IMG/VR virus record: IMGVR_UViG_3300028829_000632
Location: 1-57,157 of that record
Length of the DNA stretch: 57,157 nt
Strand: one strand, 5' to 3'
Origin: a virus
Taxonomy: Duplodnaviria; Caudoviricetes
The notes under the pieces are model-generated. The model had not been told where the DNA came from and made no database searches. It was given only the letters and a program-made list of their open reading frames with translations. This document shows, in pieces, positions 1 to 8,933 of this stretch. Position 1 is the stretch's first letter. Every line of letters starts with the position of its first letter. A program made the translations under genes and the position numbers.

Positions 1-581
1 AAATTCATTATCATTTGGATCGTAACCTTCATTCTTTAGTTCCGCATCAATGGCTAGTGCCGCTGCGGTCATAACATTATTAGTACCAAACCAATCATTC
101 TCTGATGCCCACTCTTCTGCCTTGGGATCATTGGCCGCAGGTCTAGGAGCAACCTGCCGTTGCACTGGCTGTTCTACTGGAGCAGCTTCATAATTACGTT
201 TGGCACTGGAAACATTCTTCAGATCACCCTGCGCTTCATTTAGCATTGTCTGAGCCTGAAGAAGTTTCTCCTTCTCACCATTTTCAAATGCTTCTAAATA
301 AGCTGCCTGAGCTAACTGAATTTTATCTGTCAATTGCTTTTCTGAAGCATCAAGACTTAGTTTATTAATCTCTTGTACTTCAGAGTGCTTTGTTTTGAGG
401 TTAGTTTCTAATTCCTCATTCTTCTGCATGAGGGAGTAAATCTGTTCGTCACGTTCTTTACGCTGACGAATGAGTTGTCGGATACGTTTCTGAGCGCCAG
501 ACGTTTCAACTCCATCTAGCTCTGACCCACCTTTTTCTTTTTCTTTTTCTTCTTTTTCTTCAGGTGCAGAAACTGCAATAG
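1..581. repeat. Left copy of 581-bp terminal overlap (circular genome)
   Basis: 1-581 aligns to 56577-57157; 13 substitutions by manual alignment, all between 136 and 451. Confidence 0.95.
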
Positions 582-675
582 TTTGTTCAGAAGATTCTTC
601 AATTTCATACGCAACTTCATTCTCCTCTGCATTATCAGGAACAGATACTTCGCTCCACTCTTCTTTTTCGATCAT
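1..675 (-). CDS. Capsid scaffolding protein, 5' part (runs across the circular junction into 56576-56316)
   Basis: ATG at 675 (MIEKEEWSEV...KRIRQLIRQRKERDEQ) is in frame with the listed 56316..57005 ORF; acidic N-terminus and coiled coil, upstream of capsid genes. Confidence 0.75.
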   Translation of the reverse strand, partial: MIEKEEWSEVSVPDNAEENEVAYEIEESSEQTIAVSAPEEKEEKEKEKGGSELDGVETSGAQKRIRQLIRQRKERDEQIYSLMQKNEELETNLKTKHSEVQEINKLSLDASEKQLTDKIQLAQAAYLEAFENGEKEKLLQAQTMLNEAQGDLKNVSSAKRNYEAAPVEQPVQRQVAPRPAANDPKAEEWASENDWFGTNNVMTAAALAIDAELKNEGYDPNDNEF

Positions 676-731
676 TGTTTTTTTCTTTCCCGTTGTTTAC
701 GAAACAAACGATTTAACGATTATATCAGTAT

Positions 732-760
732 ATTATAGCATAGTATTGTTATATCTACAA
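732..760 (-). promoter_or_regulatory. sigma70-like promoter for scaffold/capsid operon
   Basis: TTGTAG-17 nt-TATAAT with extended -10 TG on minus strand. Confidence 0.6.
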
Positions 761-761
761 A

Positions 762-1190
762 TTAAGCTGATCCTGCACTAAGATTAAAGGTAGGATCAAG
801 ATCAGCAGGGTTTTCTACACGGAGCATGATCTGGTCATCAAACAATAGAATAAGCCGTACTCCTTTATAAAATAGCTTAGTTCCTGTATGCTTACCGTAG
901 CAAACATAGTCCCCTTCTTTACACCAGTTACCTTTAGGAAACTTATCCCGATCTCTATATGCAAGATCACCAAGGCTTAGAACTTTACCAATAGTTGTAA
1001 GATAAGACATATCTTCTTTGGTAGAGTCTGGAATAATAATACCACCCTTGGTTAATGACTTAACCGAGACAGGGCGGATTAGAACATGAAAGCCGGGAAG
1101 TGATGGTAGTACATCAGGGTCTGGCTGTTCAATAGGGTCTGTGATCCAGAGATCATTTTTAATAGAATTACCTAAATTTACTTGTTGCAT
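762..1190 (-). CDS. groES: Co-chaperonin GroES (Cpn10)-like
   Basis: PGFHVLIRP..TKGGIIIPD..GKVLSLG..CKEGDYV.YGKHTGT..L.DDQIM; GAGGAG RBS favours ATG at 1190. Confidence 0.85.
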   Translation of the reverse strand: MQQVNLGNSIKNDLWITDPIEQPDPDVLPSLPGFHVLIRPVSVKSLTKGGIIIPDSTKEDMSYLTTIGKVLSLGDLAYRDRDKFPKGNWCKEGDYVCYGKHTGTKLFYKGVRLILLFDDQIMLRVENPADLDPTFNLSAGSA

Positions 1191-1191
1191 T

Positions 1192-1386
1192 TTACTCCTC
1201 ATCTTCGTCGTATATGCGTTTCTTTACAATATCAGTTAAACGGTCTCTTGACCACTCTAACCCTGCAAGAGTGCCTACCATTTGCTTATACTCAGCATAG
1301 TCACTGGCACTGCCATTACCAAGAGACACTCTTAGATTATTAATTTCTTCATTTAGTGTTTGAACAAATTCATCCCAGATAGTCAT
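1192..1386 (-). CDS. Small hypothetical protein of portal-GroES module
   Basis: 64 aa, coupled to neighbours; LGNG.A.DYAEYKQMVG pattern. Confidence 0.7.
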   Translation of the reverse strand: MTIWDEFVQTLNEEINNLRVSLGNGSASDYAEYKQMVGTLAGLEWSRDRLTDIVKKRIYDEDEE

Positions 1387-1598
1387 TACTTGAGTTTAGC
1401 AGGACCGGGAAATTCAAACGAGGACTTATCGAACTCGCCAAGAACACTACGATTCTTACGTGTGCCGTAGGACTCTTCCTTTACTACATCACCAAACGTA
1501 GCACGATTAGAAGACGGTACATGTGTAACGTATCCGTCAGTAATACCTTTAACATCGGGCTTCACATGATCGTGATAGCCCTTTCCTTTTGTCATCAT
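1386..1598 (-). CDS. Hypothetical protein
   Basis: 70 aa, overlaps portal stop and next start. Confidence 0.6.
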   Translation of the reverse strand: MMTKGKGYHDHVKPDVKGITDGYVTHVPSSNRATFGDVVKEESYGTRKNRSVLGEFDKSSFEFPGPAKLK

Positions 1599-4066
1599 TG
1601 GTTGTCTCCTTGAAACTGTTTAAGAAATTCAAATATTTCTTGAGTTGTGTTTTCTTTTTCTTTACCTTGCTGCTTTTCAGCTTCAATAGCCAATAGTGTA
1701 AGAGCTTCAAGGGCTTTGATATCTTGCTTACTATTCCGATCTAGCTCGGCTTTCTCTCGTTTGAAGTTATCAGTAGAGTTAGTTTTCAACATACTAATAA
1801 TCTGATCGTTCTCTTCAAGCTCAAGTTTCTTATTCTTCAGTTCCATATCAGCCGCTGAGATAGCAGTATCATTCTGAAGTTTTTGTTTCTCAAGTTCTAC
1901 CTTGGCCTGTTCAAGTGAAACTAGCTGCTGCTCTGGCGACTGTGCCATGCCCATAGCCATGTTAGCATTGAGAACCTGCTGTGCAGCCTGTGCTGTAATC
2001 ATCTCGATTACCTGTGGGTTACGAGCAGCATCTGGTCCAGCTTCCTGCATCAACTGCTGAGTCATACCTGCCACCTGTTCCTGATACTTCATTACAGAAT
2101 GTTCCTGAATGTTAGCTTCAAGAATAGGACGGAGCCTACCCATAATAGGATTAGAGCCGTTCATAGGGTCTTGAAGGTAAGCCATCTTAGTCTGGATATG
2201 TGCATCATGGTTCTGACCAGCAAATGCCCCGATAGGAATACCCTTTGTTGCAGCCATGATATCAGACACTGGGTCCATAGCTTGAGGCTCAATCTTAGGA
2301 GGCAGTATCTGTTCTAGGTTAGGCATGTTAGCAGCATGTAGAATAGTTCTATTCAATGCTTCTAGGTTAAACATTCCCGGCGGGGACTGCTGTGCCATCT
2401 GTAATGCCATGTTAGCCAACATCATGCGATGGGCATTGGATGGAATGTTAGGATCAGATACAGGGATAATATCTACACGACCATCAAAGTCTTTTCGGAA
2501 AATACTACGCGACTCAAAGGGGACATCATATGGATATTCGTCAGGTAAGTAATCATAGTTAATACTGGCAAGGATTCTAAATTCATCCTTCTGTGATTTA
2601 TGCACTCGCTTGTGAATAGCCGAGAAAAACTTACTACTGGCTTCAAGCAACGCCATAGTCGTGCCAACGGGTCCATAAGAGGCAGCATCAGAAATTACTT
2701 GCTCTGTGCTATCTGCAAACTTTTGTCCTGTCAAAGCTACAAACTGTAGCATCTGATATAGAGTTGAGGAAGGCTCTTTGTAGGGGAGGGGAACAATAGC
2801 CTTTGATAAATCTATACCCGTTGCTTCAACCTCTTTGAACTCGCCCGGACTGATTGGATCATTATCTCCAACAATCCTGACACCCTTAGCTTTAAATCCG
2901 CCCGGAAGATTAGCAAACTGACCTGCGTCTATAAGAGACCGCATTGCTGCCGTCGCACTCATTGTCAGATTTCCAAGGAAATGAATTAAGCCAAGGCCGT
3001 AAAAACCAAAACCGGGAACAAACCTGTAATGAACAAAGTGACTCCGCTTCTCACGGTTAGGATCGTCTTGTTCATAGTTTCTACGAATACTTAGTACCTG
3101 TCGAGAATCCTGCTCAACAGTTACAATATATGGAAGTGCTTCATCAGCATCTTCAATATCTAAATAACAATGCTGTTCCAGTAAGACATACTGAGGATCA
3201 TTATCATAATCAGGATTGAAACCAAGAATAGTATCAATCTTTTCTGCAAAAGAAGTAATCCCTGATTGAGAAGGAGTAGGAAGATCAGCATCCTGATACA
3301 CTCCTGCATTGATATCTTTTTGAATATCTATAGGACTACGATAGATTACATGCGTATACCTGTCAGCATTTCTAAGATCAGTAGCATAGTAAGAAATATA
3401 AAACTGGTCAATAGGAATAAACTCTGAGACAGGGCGCTTCAGTGTAGAGCTATAGTAAATCTTTTTAAACGCTGAACCAATCAAGGGGAGATGGAAAAGC
3501 ATTCTTTCAAATTCGTCAAAGTATTCTGGCATCTGCTCAGTAACCTGATAGTTCATAAAGTTCTGAACACGGTTAGCTTGCATTTCCTTTTCAGGAGTAG
3601 CACTGCCTAGAATATTTGCTTTTACTGGACCACTTGCAGGAAAGAGTTCCTGTGAAGCCTTCGACTGAAACTTAACAGCCGACTCAATTAGTAGTGGGTG
3701 GACTGCCGTACATGCGCCCTCAAAAGGTTCTGAACCTTGCTCTAGCTTTAAGCCTAGCAAATCAAACCCACGTTCAAACATAGACTCCCATTCAGAACGG
3801 GACTCCTTATCTGCTTGAAAATTATCTATGACCATGCGGCCAATCTCAAGAAGTTCTTCTTCTTCTAATGTTTCTGTTAAATCACCATACCACTCAGCAA
3901 CTTCGTCAGTCGCTTCCATGCCTACAGCTTCAGTAAAATCTACAATGACGCCATCACCTTCAGGATCAATCTCAATGCTTGCTCCTGTTTCAGACTGCTC
4001 CATGAGAGGGATTACATTATCTTCTTCTTCAGGGATCGTGTCGAAAGGGTTACGTTCAGTTGCCAT
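1595..4066 (-). CDS. Portal protein
   Basis: 823 aa downstream of TerL; PFEGAC..VHPLL.E..V.FQ, GSAFKK.Y, GFGFYGLGLIH, DAGQFANLPGGFK motifs; coiled-coil C-terminus. Confidence 0.9.
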   Translation of the reverse strand: MATERNPFDTIPEEEDNVIPLMEQSETGASIEIDPEGDGVIVDFTEAVGMEATDEVAEWYGDLTETLEEEELLEIGRMVIDNFQADKESRSEWESMFERGFDLLGLKLEQGSEPFEGACTAVHPLLIESAVKFQSKASQELFPASGPVKANILGSATPEKEMQANRVQNFMNYQVTEQMPEYFDEFERMLFHLPLIGSAFKKIYYSSTLKRPVSEFIPIDQFYISYYATDLRNADRYTHVIYRSPIDIQKDINAGVYQDADLPTPSQSGITSFAEKIDTILGFNPDYDNDPQYVLLEQHCYLDIEDADEALPYIVTVEQDSRQVLSIRRNYEQDDPNREKRSHFVHYRFVPGFGFYGLGLIHFLGNLTMSATAAMRSLIDAGQFANLPGGFKAKGVRIVGDNDPISPGEFKEVEATGIDLSKAIVPLPYKEPSSTLYQMLQFVALTGQKFADSTEQVISDAASYGPVGTTMALLEASSKFFSAIHKRVHKSQKDEFRILASINYDYLPDEYPYDVPFESRSIFRKDFDGRVDIIPVSDPNIPSNAHRMMLANMALQMAQQSPPGMFNLEALNRTILHAANMPNLEQILPPKIEPQAMDPVSDIMAATKGIPIGAFAGQNHDAHIQTKMAYLQDPMNGSNPIMGRLRPILEANIQEHSVMKYQEQVAGMTQQLMQEAGPDAARNPQVIEMITAQAAQQVLNANMAMGMAQSPEQQLVSLEQAKVELEKQKLQNDTAISAADMELKNKKLELEENDQIISMLKTNSTDNFKREKAELDRNSKQDIKALEALTLLAIEAEKQQGKEKENTTQEIFEFLKQFQGDNQ

Positions 4067-5106
4067 TATGCTGTTCCTGTATTATTTGTTGCAATGCCGA
4101 GTAGTCCTGCGCTTGAACCCGGCCCATAAATGCTATCTATTAAATCAGCGCGGTGGTTTATTTCTTCTTCTTCTTCTGTTAACTGCCTATTAATATTTAA
4201 TAGTCTATTAGCCTGTGCTACGCCATACATTTGTTTTATAATATCTTCAATATTTGTACCAGCAATACGTTCTTCGGCTGTCTGTCTGACTCTGGCGACA
4301 TCTGCATCTGACACATCTTCAACAGGGACTTCTTTAACTGCTGCAATTTTTTCTTTAATAATAATATCGTCTCCACCAGCATCGGTGCCATCATCGTCAC
4401 CATCGTCGTCATCTCCTTGATTACCACCCGGAGATGTAGTTGGGCCTGTGACAGTTGCTATACTGGGATCAAACCCAAGCGCCGCTGCGACAGCACTTGC
4501 AGTTCCGGGCATACCTATACCAATATTTTGTGAATAAGTCATATCAGGATTAACATTAAATCCTTTATCGGTAAGACCAACGAAACCCAGAGCAGCTCTG
4601 CCTACCATACCTTTACTAGGACCCGGCGTATTAAACGAAACTTGAGCATTCTGATTAGAACCTAATCCCATACTATTATTCTGACCGGGATCAGTAACAT
4701 CGCCAACAACTCCCATTGGGTCCATTCCAAAACTACCGGGATCATCGGGATCACCAAAACCCTGACCAGTAGTATCACCACTATCAGGATCAGAATCCTC
4801 ACCGGGACCGCCGGGTCCGGGACCACCTTGATCTGAGCCACCATCTACACTATCGTCGTAAGCTGGAATACCGTCAATCTTTCTACCACTACCACCAAGT
4901 GATTTTAATAAATCTTCTTCATTAGGATTAATGTAGGCCAGTCTGTGTGGCTGACCATTAATGTTCAGACTGTTCTGAACACTAGATAGACCACCTCCTT
5001 GCGCCATAGGCATAACAGGTTGCGTCCCCATGCTAATAGTAAGCATAGGTTTTTCACGTTCTAGTTTTCTGGATACTACTTCTTGTGCATATTCAAATAA
5101 AGACAT
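4066..5106 (-). CDS. Probable virion protein with Asp/Gly low-complexity core
   Basis: 346 aa; MAQGGG then HRLAYINPNEEDLLKSLGGSG..GIPAY; D/G/P-rich. Confidence 0.6.
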   Translation of the reverse strand: MSLFEYAQEVVSRKLEREKPMLTISMGTQPVMPMAQGGGLSSVQNSLNINGQPHRLAYINPNEEDLLKSLGGSGRKIDGIPAYDDSVDGGSDQGGPGPGGPGEDSDPDSGDTTGQGFGDPDDPGSFGMDPMGVVGDVTDPGQNNSMGLGSNQNAQVSFNTPGPSKGMVGRAALGFVGLTDKGFNVNPDMTYSQNIGIGMPGTASAVAAALGFDPSIATVTGPTTSPGGNQGDDDDGDDDGTDAGGDDIIIKEKIAAVKEVPVEDVSDADVARVRQTAEERIAGTNIEDIIKQMYGVAQANRLLNINRQLTEEEEEINHRADLIDSIYGPGSSAGLLGIATNNTGTA

Positions 5107-5148
5107 TTAATTCCCCTGTAACAAAAGTTACCTCGCCTAACCCACTAT

Positions 5149-5177
5149 ATTATAGCACACTATTTTAAAATGTCCAA
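5149..5177 (-). promoter_or_regulatory. sigma70-like promoter upstream of portal operon
   Basis: TTGGAC-17 nt-TATAAT with extended -10 TG. Confidence 0.55.
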
Positions 5178-6703
5178 TAGGTAGATTTCTTTTCCCTGAC
5201 AGGCTCATCCCAATCTGGATCGTCAGGATGTGCAAGGTTCCATGAGTCACGCATGTAATGTACTGCCATAGTCAACGCATCTACCTGATCGTCATGGGCT
5301 GAGTTTGGAAAACGGATTAACTCTTCTATAAGGTCATCTGCCCATTTCTTAGAGGTAGGTAGCCATAGCCGTCCTGCTTCCATGATAGGCGTAGCTGCAT
5401 AAACTCTGGATACCTTATCCCGATCTGGCATGTATTCCATGATGGGTAATCCTGATCTGCGTAAGTCCTGAATCAAAGACTGCCCACTTGCTTTCTTTTC
5501 AATCATGCAGACATCAGGTCTATACTGATTATACAGCTTCTGTGCAATACGCCTAAGCTCTGGGTACTCAAACCTACCCTTGACATTACCAAGTAAGATT
5601 AAGTTAGAAGCATAATCTTCTACCCCTTCTTCATCTTGGTCATACATGTAAAATATGCCCCATGTCTGGATAACACTGTAATCAGCCGTGTTACTTGTAG
5701 AGAAAGCAGTGTCCATCGTTTGTATAATAAACTCACAGGTAGGAGGCTCTTCGTATTCCCATTCCTGAATCCACTTCTTTTTAATTAACCCGCCTTCTTC
5801 GGGGGTAGGGTCTTGCATATAGAGAGCATTCCAGTATCTGCTACCATTACTGGCCTTGATCTCATGTTCATCAATACGTAATAGCGCATCAGACTTCCAT
5901 TCTGGAAAATAACTACTACCCACTGGTAAATCAAGCAGTTCTGCTGCTTCTTCGTCTACCCATGCAGGAATCTTAATTACTTCCCACGGGATTGTCTCAT
6001 AATCGCCCATGTCTTCCTGCTGTCGTAGCAACCATCCGCAGAGATCATCATGATGGTAGCGCGTATTAATAATAACAATCGCACCGTTGGGCATAATACG
6101 AGTACGTAGACCAGCAGGGTACCATTCTTTGATGTATCTTCTACCTGCATCTGAATATGAGTCCTCTTCAGACATCACATCATCCAGAATTGCTACATGA
6201 GCACCTCGTCCAGCAATTTGTGACCTGACACCAGCCGCATAGTAGGTACCATTCTGCGTGGTCTTCCACTTACCTGCTGCACGAACGTCACTACGTAGCG
6301 CAACACCGGGAAATATTTTAGAAAACTCTTCAGTATTAACCACATCTCGGACAGACCGACCAAAATCACTAGACAATTGGTCACTATGGGAGACAGTCAG
6401 TATCTCATGTTCTGGGTTTCTACCTATATACCATGCTGGAAACAACTTAGAACAGATAACAGACTTTGATGAACGTGGTGGAAGGAAGACCATCAGTCTT
6501 TTTATTTTTCCAGACTCTAAATCTTTCAGCTTTTCAGAGATTAGTTCAATATGTTTACCCATCTTCCAACCAGACACAAGGCTTGGAGCGACAAGACGTA
6601 CAAATGTGAGGAAATCTGTGTTGGCTTCTAGATTTATTTCTTGATTAAGAAGGTGCTGTAGGTCAATATATGAATCTAGAAAGTTATCTTCAATGTTTAA
6701 CAT
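5165..6703 (-). CDS. terL: Terminase large subunit
   Basis: Walker A-like LPPRSSKS, GRGAHVAILDD Walker B, nuclease DTAFS..DYS and HDDQVDA. Confidence 0.95.
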   Translation of the reverse strand: MLNIEDNFLDSYIDLQHLLNQEINLEANTDFLTFVRLVAPSLVSGWKMGKHIELISEKLKDLESGKIKRLMVFLPPRSSKSVICSKLFPAWYIGRNPEHEILTVSHSDQLSSDFGRSVRDVVNTEEFSKIFPGVALRSDVRAAGKWKTTQNGTYYAAGVRSQIAGRGAHVAILDDVMSEEDSYSDAGRRYIKEWYPAGLRTRIMPNGAIVIINTRYHHDDLCGWLLRQQEDMGDYETIPWEVIKIPAWVDEEAAELLDLPVGSSYFPEWKSDALLRIDEHEIKASNGSRYWNALYMQDPTPEEGGLIKKKWIQEWEYEEPPTCEFIIQTMDTAFSTSNTADYSVIQTWGIFYMYDQDEEGVEDYASNLILLGNVKGRFEYPELRRIAQKLYNQYRPDVCMIEKKASGQSLIQDLRRSGLPIMEYMPDRDKVSRVYAATPIMEAGRLWLPTSKKWADDLIEELIRFPNSAHDDQVDALTMAVHYMRDSWNLAHPDDPDWDEPVREKKSTYWTF

Positions 6704-6709
6704 AACATT

Positions 6710-6738
6710 ATTATAACATATATATTAATGTTAGACAA
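6710..6738 (-). promoter_or_regulatory. sigma70-like promoter of terL (probably leaderless transcript)
   Basis: TTGTCT-17 nt-TATAAT with extended -10 TG; ATG lies 7 nt downstream. Confidence 0.6.
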
Positions 6739-6966
6739 ATGTTAATTTATATCTTAATAGTGTAGTAGTATTGTTTATTAGTCTAATGGTTATATTAAGT
6801 GCGCGCTAAAAAATACTAGATTTTACTGCCCCATAGATTATGGGTACCCTTTCCTCCCTTTGGTATATTATATATATGTACGCGCCCGAGCATTTTCCGC
6901 GCAGGGTACGCGATTTAGTAAAAAACTTTACAAAAAGCTGGAATAACAGATACCTTTTTCCAAGTT

Positions 6967-7017
6967 TAATTAATAAATACTACTTAGCTTCCTTTGGAAG
7001 CAGTATTTATTTAATTA
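6967..7017. repeat. 51-nt bulged hairpin element, copy 1
   Basis: TAATTA ATAAATACT [ACTTA] GCTTCC TTT GGAAGC AGTATTTAT [T] TAATTA. Confidence 0.95.
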
Positions 7018-7189
7018 TATACTAAATACCAACCCCAAACCTCCCCAAATCATCCAAAGGATGTGTAGGGTGGCTAGTTCTGCTACAAGGTAGCAAGGCT
7101 AGTCTTCGACTAAACCTTTGGAAAGCTTATAACTTCTTAAGTTATCCACAGCAAAGCAAAGCTTTGTTGCACGATGAAGCAAGCAGAGC

Positions 7190-7217
7190 TTGACAAGGCT
7201 TTGCAAGCCGCTATGAT
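7190..7217 (+). promoter_or_regulatory. sigma70-like early promoter
   Basis: TTGACA-16 nt-TATGAT just upstream of hairpin copy 2. Confidence 0.6.
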
Positions 7218-7223
7218 GAAACC

Positions 7224-7274
7224 TAATTACTAACTACTACTTAGCTTACTACGTAAGCAGTAGTTAGTTAATTA
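7224..7274. repeat. 51-nt bulged hairpin element, copy 2
   Basis: TAATTA CTAACTACT [ACTTA] GCTTAC TAC GTAAGC AGTAGTTAG [T] TAATTA. Confidence 0.95.
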
Positions 7275-7294
7275 AACAACTTGGAGTGAAATTT

Positions 7295-7459
7295 ATGAAC
7301 ATTGCAACAGCAATCCAAACTATCGAAGATAACAGCAACTTTGTTGCTTATGTCACCGTTGGTGGTAGTGAGCATCTCGACATCCATTCAGAGAATGGAG
7401 AGTTTATTTCTTGCATCCACACCGATGAAACCGACAGGTTTTTGGACATTCAAGGCTAA
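7295..7459 (+). CDS. Early hypothetical protein (54 aa, not in ORF track)
   Basis: GGAG RBS; MNIATAIQTIEDNSNF...FLDIQG*; stop TAA is the first 3 nt of copy 3. Confidence 0.7.
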   Translation: MNIATAIQTIEDNSNFVAYVTVGGSEHLDIHSENGEFISCIHTDETDRFLDIQG

Positions 7460-7507
7460 TTACTAACTACTACTTAGCTTACTTTGTAAGCAGTAGTTAG
7501 TTAATTA
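7457..7507. repeat. 51-nt bulged hairpin element, copy 3
   Basis: Same as copy 2 with TTT loop. Confidence 0.95.
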
Positions 7508-7519
7508 AAGGAGATTGAA

Positions 7520-7717
7520 ATGGAATATGGTCTAGTTGCCTTCGGCATTCTTGGAATAGTTTTTCTGGCTGCTATCAGTTGCTTTGCCGTTAGTACTACT
7601 AACGAGCTGACTAGAAGTAGCAGTGATAAAAGGAATTTCAATCGAAAGATTGAGAAAGCCGCTCGTGAGGAGAGACGGCATCAGCGAGTGATGGCACAAA
7701 TCAAGGCTAATTACTAA
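7520..7717 (+). CDS. Early membrane-anchored small protein
   Basis: AAGGAG RBS; hydrophobic N-terminus then basic helix; stop lies inside copy 4. Confidence 0.75.
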   Translation: MEYGLVAFGILGIVFLAAISCFAVSTTNELTRSSSDKRNFNRKIEKAAREERRHQRVMAQIKANY

Positions 7718-7758
7718 CTACTACTTAGCTTACTTTGTAAGCAGTAGTTAGTTAATTA
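7708..7758. repeat. 51-nt bulged hairpin element, copy 4
   Basis: Identical to copy 3. Confidence 0.95.
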
Positions 7759-7786
7759 AGTAAACAAACAACTTGGAGTTAAAATT

Positions 7787-8071
7787 ATGACTAAGACATT
7801 CAAAGCATTTGCTGGCAAGAACTGGGTAGCCCTGACAAGCCGAGAGGCTTTCAAGGAAGCTGACAAGGCTGGTAAGCCTATCCGAATTGAGTTCGACAAT
7901 GGCTCTTTCAGAGTCATCAAGAACGCTGACAAGTTGCCAGAAGGCAAGCCAGTTGGCTTTAGCAAAGCAGCAGCAGATCGGGAAGCTGCAAAGCAGAAGA
8001 AAGTAGTTAAGCCCGAAGTTGTGGAAGCGGTAGCAACTGCTACAAAGCTATCGCAGTGGCCTTCCCACTAA
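7787..8071 (+). CDS. Early hypothetical protein
   Basis: 94 aa, GGAG RBS, K/A-rich. Confidence 0.75.
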   Translation: MTKTFKAFAGKNWVALTSREAFKEADKAGKPIRIEFDNGSFRVIKNADKLPEGKPVGFSKAAADREAAKQKKVVKPEVVEAVATATKLSQWPSH

Positions 8072-8120
8072 ATACTTTGTGCAGGGCATAGCTAGTTGCT
8101 ATGTCTTGTGCTAAGTATTT
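8070..8120 (+). other. Long G-U-containing stem-loop (terminator or RNase III-like site)
   Basis: AAATACTT..TGCAGGGCATAGC TAGTT GCTATGTCTTGTG..AAGTATTT. Confidence 0.5.
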
Positions 8121-8144
8121 ATATCTTTAACAAAAGGAAATAAA

Positions 8145-8312
8145 ATGTATGATTCCAGACTTCCAAAGTGTGACCAGTGTGGTGAAGCTGCAAAAGTAAA
8201 AGATAGCGGCTTGCTATTGTGTGCGCCATGCTATATGAAAGATGCGAAGCGATCAGCCAGAACGAAGTCTGAATACGTAGCTTCCATCGTAATTGAAACA
8301 CGGAAAGGTTAA
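8145..8312 (+). CDS. Small zinc-finger protein (55 aa, not in ORF track)
   Basis: AAGGA RBS; CDQC...CAPC. Confidence 0.65.
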   Translation: MYDSRLPKCDQCGEAAKVKDSGLLLCAPCYMKDAKRSARTKSEYVASIVIETRKG

Positions 8313-8317
8313 AGCTA

Positions 8318-8578
8318 ATGACGACAAATAATGAAATGAAACATACAGTTTTACTGTCCTTAAAGTATCTCACAGCTTTAGTTGAAGAGAAAATTGACTT
8401 ACTAAAAGCCATAGATTGTGATACTTATGAAGATGGTAGCTATGATTTAAACGATCAGATCATGACTTTTATTAGGACTGTTCAAGAATTAAAAGCTGTA
8501 ATCAATCGTTCAGTGGCAATCGTGCCAAACGACGAACTGTACTATGCCGGGACAATATGGGACGATTACGAAGACTAA
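8318..8578 (+). CDS. Early hypothetical protein
   Basis: 86 aa; stop TAA is the first 3 nt of copy 5. Confidence 0.7.
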   Translation: MTTNNEMKHTVLLSLKYLTALVEEKIDLLKAIDCDTYEDGSYDLNDQIMTFIRTVQELKAVINRSVAIVPNDELYYAGTIWDDYED

Positions 8579-8626
8579 TTACTAACTACTACTTAGCTTC
8601 CTTTGGAAGCAGTAGTTAGTTAATTA
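8576..8626. repeat. 51-nt bulged hairpin element, copy 5
   Basis: Inner stem GCTTCC TTT GGAAGC. Confidence 0.95.
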
Positions 8627-8647
8627 CTACAACTTGGAGTGTTGAAA

Positions 8648-8923
8648 ATGCAGATGCTAACAAAACAGAACGAAAAAGACTTAGGCAAAAAAGTAATTAA
8701 GTTTTTTACGCCTTGGTCGAACTGGTCTTGGTATGTCACCGAAGGTGAGCAAGAAAGCAACGGCGACTGGTTGTTCTTTGGCTTTGTAGAAGGCATGGAG
8801 CGAGAATGGGGTAGCTTTAGACTGTCGGAACTTACCAGTGTAACTGGTCCGATGGGTCTCAAGATTGAACGGGACCGTTGGTTTGATACCCCGGTCACAG
8901 AATTTTCAACTGAAAACGTCTAA
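8648..8923 (+). CDS. DUF2958-like protein
   Basis: KFFTPWSNWSWYVTE..LFFGFVEG.E.EWGSF.LSEL....GP.GL.IERD..F. Confidence 0.8.
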   Translation: MQMLTKQNEKDLGKKVIKFFTPWSNWSWYVTEGEQESNGDWLFFGFVEGMEREWGSFRLSELTSVTGPMGLKIERDRWFDTPVTEFSTENV

Positions 8924-8933
8924 GGAAAATCTA

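Noticed and set aside
6840-7025. 61-aa ORF in the divergence region
   Set aside because: No RBS, crosses hairpin copy 1; the region looks regulatory
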